Origin: Lama guanicoe
Taxonomy: Eukaryota
Assembly: GCA_013239625.1 (NCBI GenBank)
Contig: MU056313.1
Span: 384,114-448,113 of the forward strand
Reading direction: 5' to 3'
DNA: 64,000 nt
Notes under the pieces: model-generated
Seen by the model: only the letters and a program-made list of their open reading frames with translations
What the model was told of the DNA's origin: nothing
Database searches by the model: none
Translations under genes and position numbers: made by a program
In this document: one piece after another, positions 61,740 to 64,000 of the stretch
Layout of the letters: the number at the start of each line of letters is the position of its first letter
Numbering within the stretch: position 1 is the first letter of the stretch

Positions 61740-63135
61740 TAGTTTGTCTCTGTGTCCAGTTGTGATTTTCTTTGCTTCTATCTTATTTAGGATTTATTGA
61801 GCTTTTGGGGCCTACAAATTTAAATTAAGAAGTGTTCAGCCATAATTTAAATTTTGCTTGCTGCCCATGTCTCTTTCCTGTCTTTTGGGAATTTCAATTA
61901 CTGCTCTGTTGAAATGTTCAAAATTATTCCATAGACTGCAGGTCTTCCTTTAAAAAAATCTGTTCTTCATGTCAAATAATTCCTATTCATCTAGCTTTGG
62001 GGTCACTGATTTCTTCTGCCATCTCAAATCTGCTGTTGTGTTCTCTAGTGATTTTTTTTTCACTTCAGATAATATATTTTTTAATCTCTAGAATTTCCAT
62101 TATCTATTTCATAATTTCCACTTCCTCATTGATATTCCCTATTTACTCATATCTAGCAATTTTTCTTTATTATTTGAACACATTTAACTTACTTATTTGA
62201 ACTTATTTGTAATACATGTTTTGAAGTCTTTTTTGCTAAATCCAAAGTCTATGTCCACTCAGTTTCTATTAACTGTTTTTGTTTCCTGGTCTCTTTATAT
62301 ATTACATTTTTTTATTTGAATATTGGACACTGTAGGCAATACCAGGTGGCAATTCTAGATTGTTTGGTTCTTCAGAAGGCTATTGGTTTTGTTTTGTTTT
62401 GCTTTGCTCTAATAATCAATTAACTGTGCTTTGCTTTAATAATCAATTGATAATCATGGATTCGAATTGCGAAATAGTGGGCAGCCACTGATGTTTTGTA
62501 TCAGACTTTTTCTTTGTGCTTTTGCTTGTTTGTTTGTCTGTTTTGCCTGCCTTCTTGAGGTCTTTCATTCAGCTCCACTGTTTGGTGATTATGCAATTAT
62601 TTATTCAGAGGTTATGTTGAGACACCCCAATCCAGAAAAGTTTCCAGTCTGCCTGAGCATTGCTCAGGCTGAAGAATGAATTCAAAGATGCAGCATATCC
62701 ACAAATATTTCCAGGGGTTCGGTTTTCACGGTGCTGCCTAACATCTCCATGCACGTGCAGTTTGGATGTTCAGTCATGTGTTTATTGTCTTAGCTCTTTG
62801 ATACGTGTTTCCCCTGTAAGTCTTTCTTCCTATAACAATATTATTCTTTAATGTTTAGCTGCTTTGTTGATTACCAAGACCAAGTCTACCATTCTCAGCT
62901 GGCAAATCTATGAGTTTGCACTGCTTTGGTTGGGAAGAATGGGAATATCTCTGGCAAAACACCACTACCACCACCAACAACAAAACGAGCCTTTTTTTTT
63001 TAACGTGATGCTGCAGGAAGTTTTCATAAGTAAACCCTTCTCACTTTATTGTTGGCATTTGGCCGTTTTTCTGTGCCCTGAAATAATTCTCTGTACTGTT
63101 TTGTCTATGTTTATTTTTAGATTCTACAGATTAGA
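61740..63135 (-). mobile_element. Ancient L1M ORF1 plus 5' UTR
   Basis: ttcactgatttcttctgccatctcaaatctgctgttg-like ORF1 antisense motif, ttaatctctagaatttccatt and gaagtcttttttgctaaatccaa; 5'-end-like tgtgccctgaaataatt. Confidence 0.8.
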
Positions 63136-63544
63136 ATTGCCTGACTTCTTCATGTTGCCCTAACAAAAAGTAGAGCCCAGATTACCATTTTACAATAAAG
63201 ATAGTCTTCAATTATATTGAAAATTTTTTCTAGGTATAAAAGCTAGTCACCTCATCACCCTTAAATCCTTAATGGCCAAAAGAAGCTCCCTTAAGTATTA
63301 TGAAAAACAGTGATCTGGTAATATTACAAATATGAAAATACAAACAGGCTATAATTATTATTTTTTCTAAGTTTTATATTTTGTTTTACAAAAAAGTGCT
63401 TTTATAGCGCAGATTTTTCTCTAGAGATCTACAACCATGAGAATTCACTTAGCACTGCAGAACGAGCACCTGTAGGATCCTTTCCCTTCCTTCCCTGCAC
63501 ATCTCTGCAACTCGTACGTGCTTCAGACATGTCTGCCTCTGCTT

Positions 63545-63630
63545 TGTCAAAATGCGCTCCTTTGAGCAAAGGACAAGAAATCTTTATGTTTCTAAATCGT
63601 AGCATAGTGCACCAAATAGAGAAGATACTA
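63545..63630 (+). mobile_element. L2 3' end
   Basis: gctcctttgagcaaaggac…tagcatagtgcaccaaatag…taaata. Confidence 0.6.
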
Positions 63631-64000
63631 AATAGACCATTATATGGGGCCAGTTTTCACCTCCTCAGTGTATAGGACTTTATTTTAGTCATTTTATGCG
63701 TGTTGCTCACGCTGTACAGTTACCAGCAAAACAGTTTTCTAAGAATTATATGTGCCCTAGTTCTGGGGAAGGATGATGAGAGGTATTAGGACATAGGTCC
63801 CAATTTTTGGTTCAGAATGTGTGGTCATGTGAATTATTACTAAGTATTGAAAAGAAAATTTAAAAACTGTAGGCTGTGTAAGACTTTATAAGCTTAGGAA
63901 CTTTCTAGTAGACAATGATAGAGATCTTCCTCCTCCTCTGTTGTTATTTGTTATGTCTCATTTTATTTCTACCTGAAAGAAAGACTTCTTATCTAATTAG

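Noticed and set aside
62651-62669. Palindrome gcctgagca-t-tgctcaggc
   Set aside because: Only 9-bp arms, inside a decayed L1, with no matching factor motif.
358-63163. Six-frame ORF track as protein-coding genes
   Set aside because: All ORFs are 134 aa or shorter, many start at non-ATG codons, are F/L/I/S-rich from AT bias or overlap fossil repeats, and none resembles a cellular protein I recognise.

Overview
AT-rich placental-mammal genomic DNA that looks intronic or intergenic. I could not recognise any protein-coding exon, RNA gene, CpG island or CRISPR array. The supplied ORFs (60-134 aa) read as chance ORFs, apart from two that are decayed transposon protein: a Charlie1 transposase fragment at 44935-45117 and an L2 ORF2 endonuclease fragment at 60195-60554. 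The window is a mosaic of fossil transposable elements: L2, MIR, old L1M/HAL1 pieces, MaLR and ERV LTRs, and the DNA transposons MER2, Tigger2a, MER5, MER91 and Charlie1a. A Tigger2a_Art-like MITE, artiodactyl-type L1 3' ends, and no visible Alu, Bov-A/Bov-B, PRE-1, CHR-2, ERE or CAN SINE point to a cetartiodactyl, probably a camelid (inference). Most L1 pieces lie on the minus strand, which would fit an intron of a large plus-strand gene. I found no evidence for a new biological system. The best-supported curiosities are a 172-bp internally deleted ERV1-type solo LTR with a 4-bp TSD, a twin-primed (5'-inverted) L1MC1, several 15-23 bp duplications with filler or fold-back DNA, a few exon-like cassettes and motif-dense candidate enhancers. 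Repeat family names come from remembered consensus sequences, not a database search, and the boundaries of old repeats are approximate.
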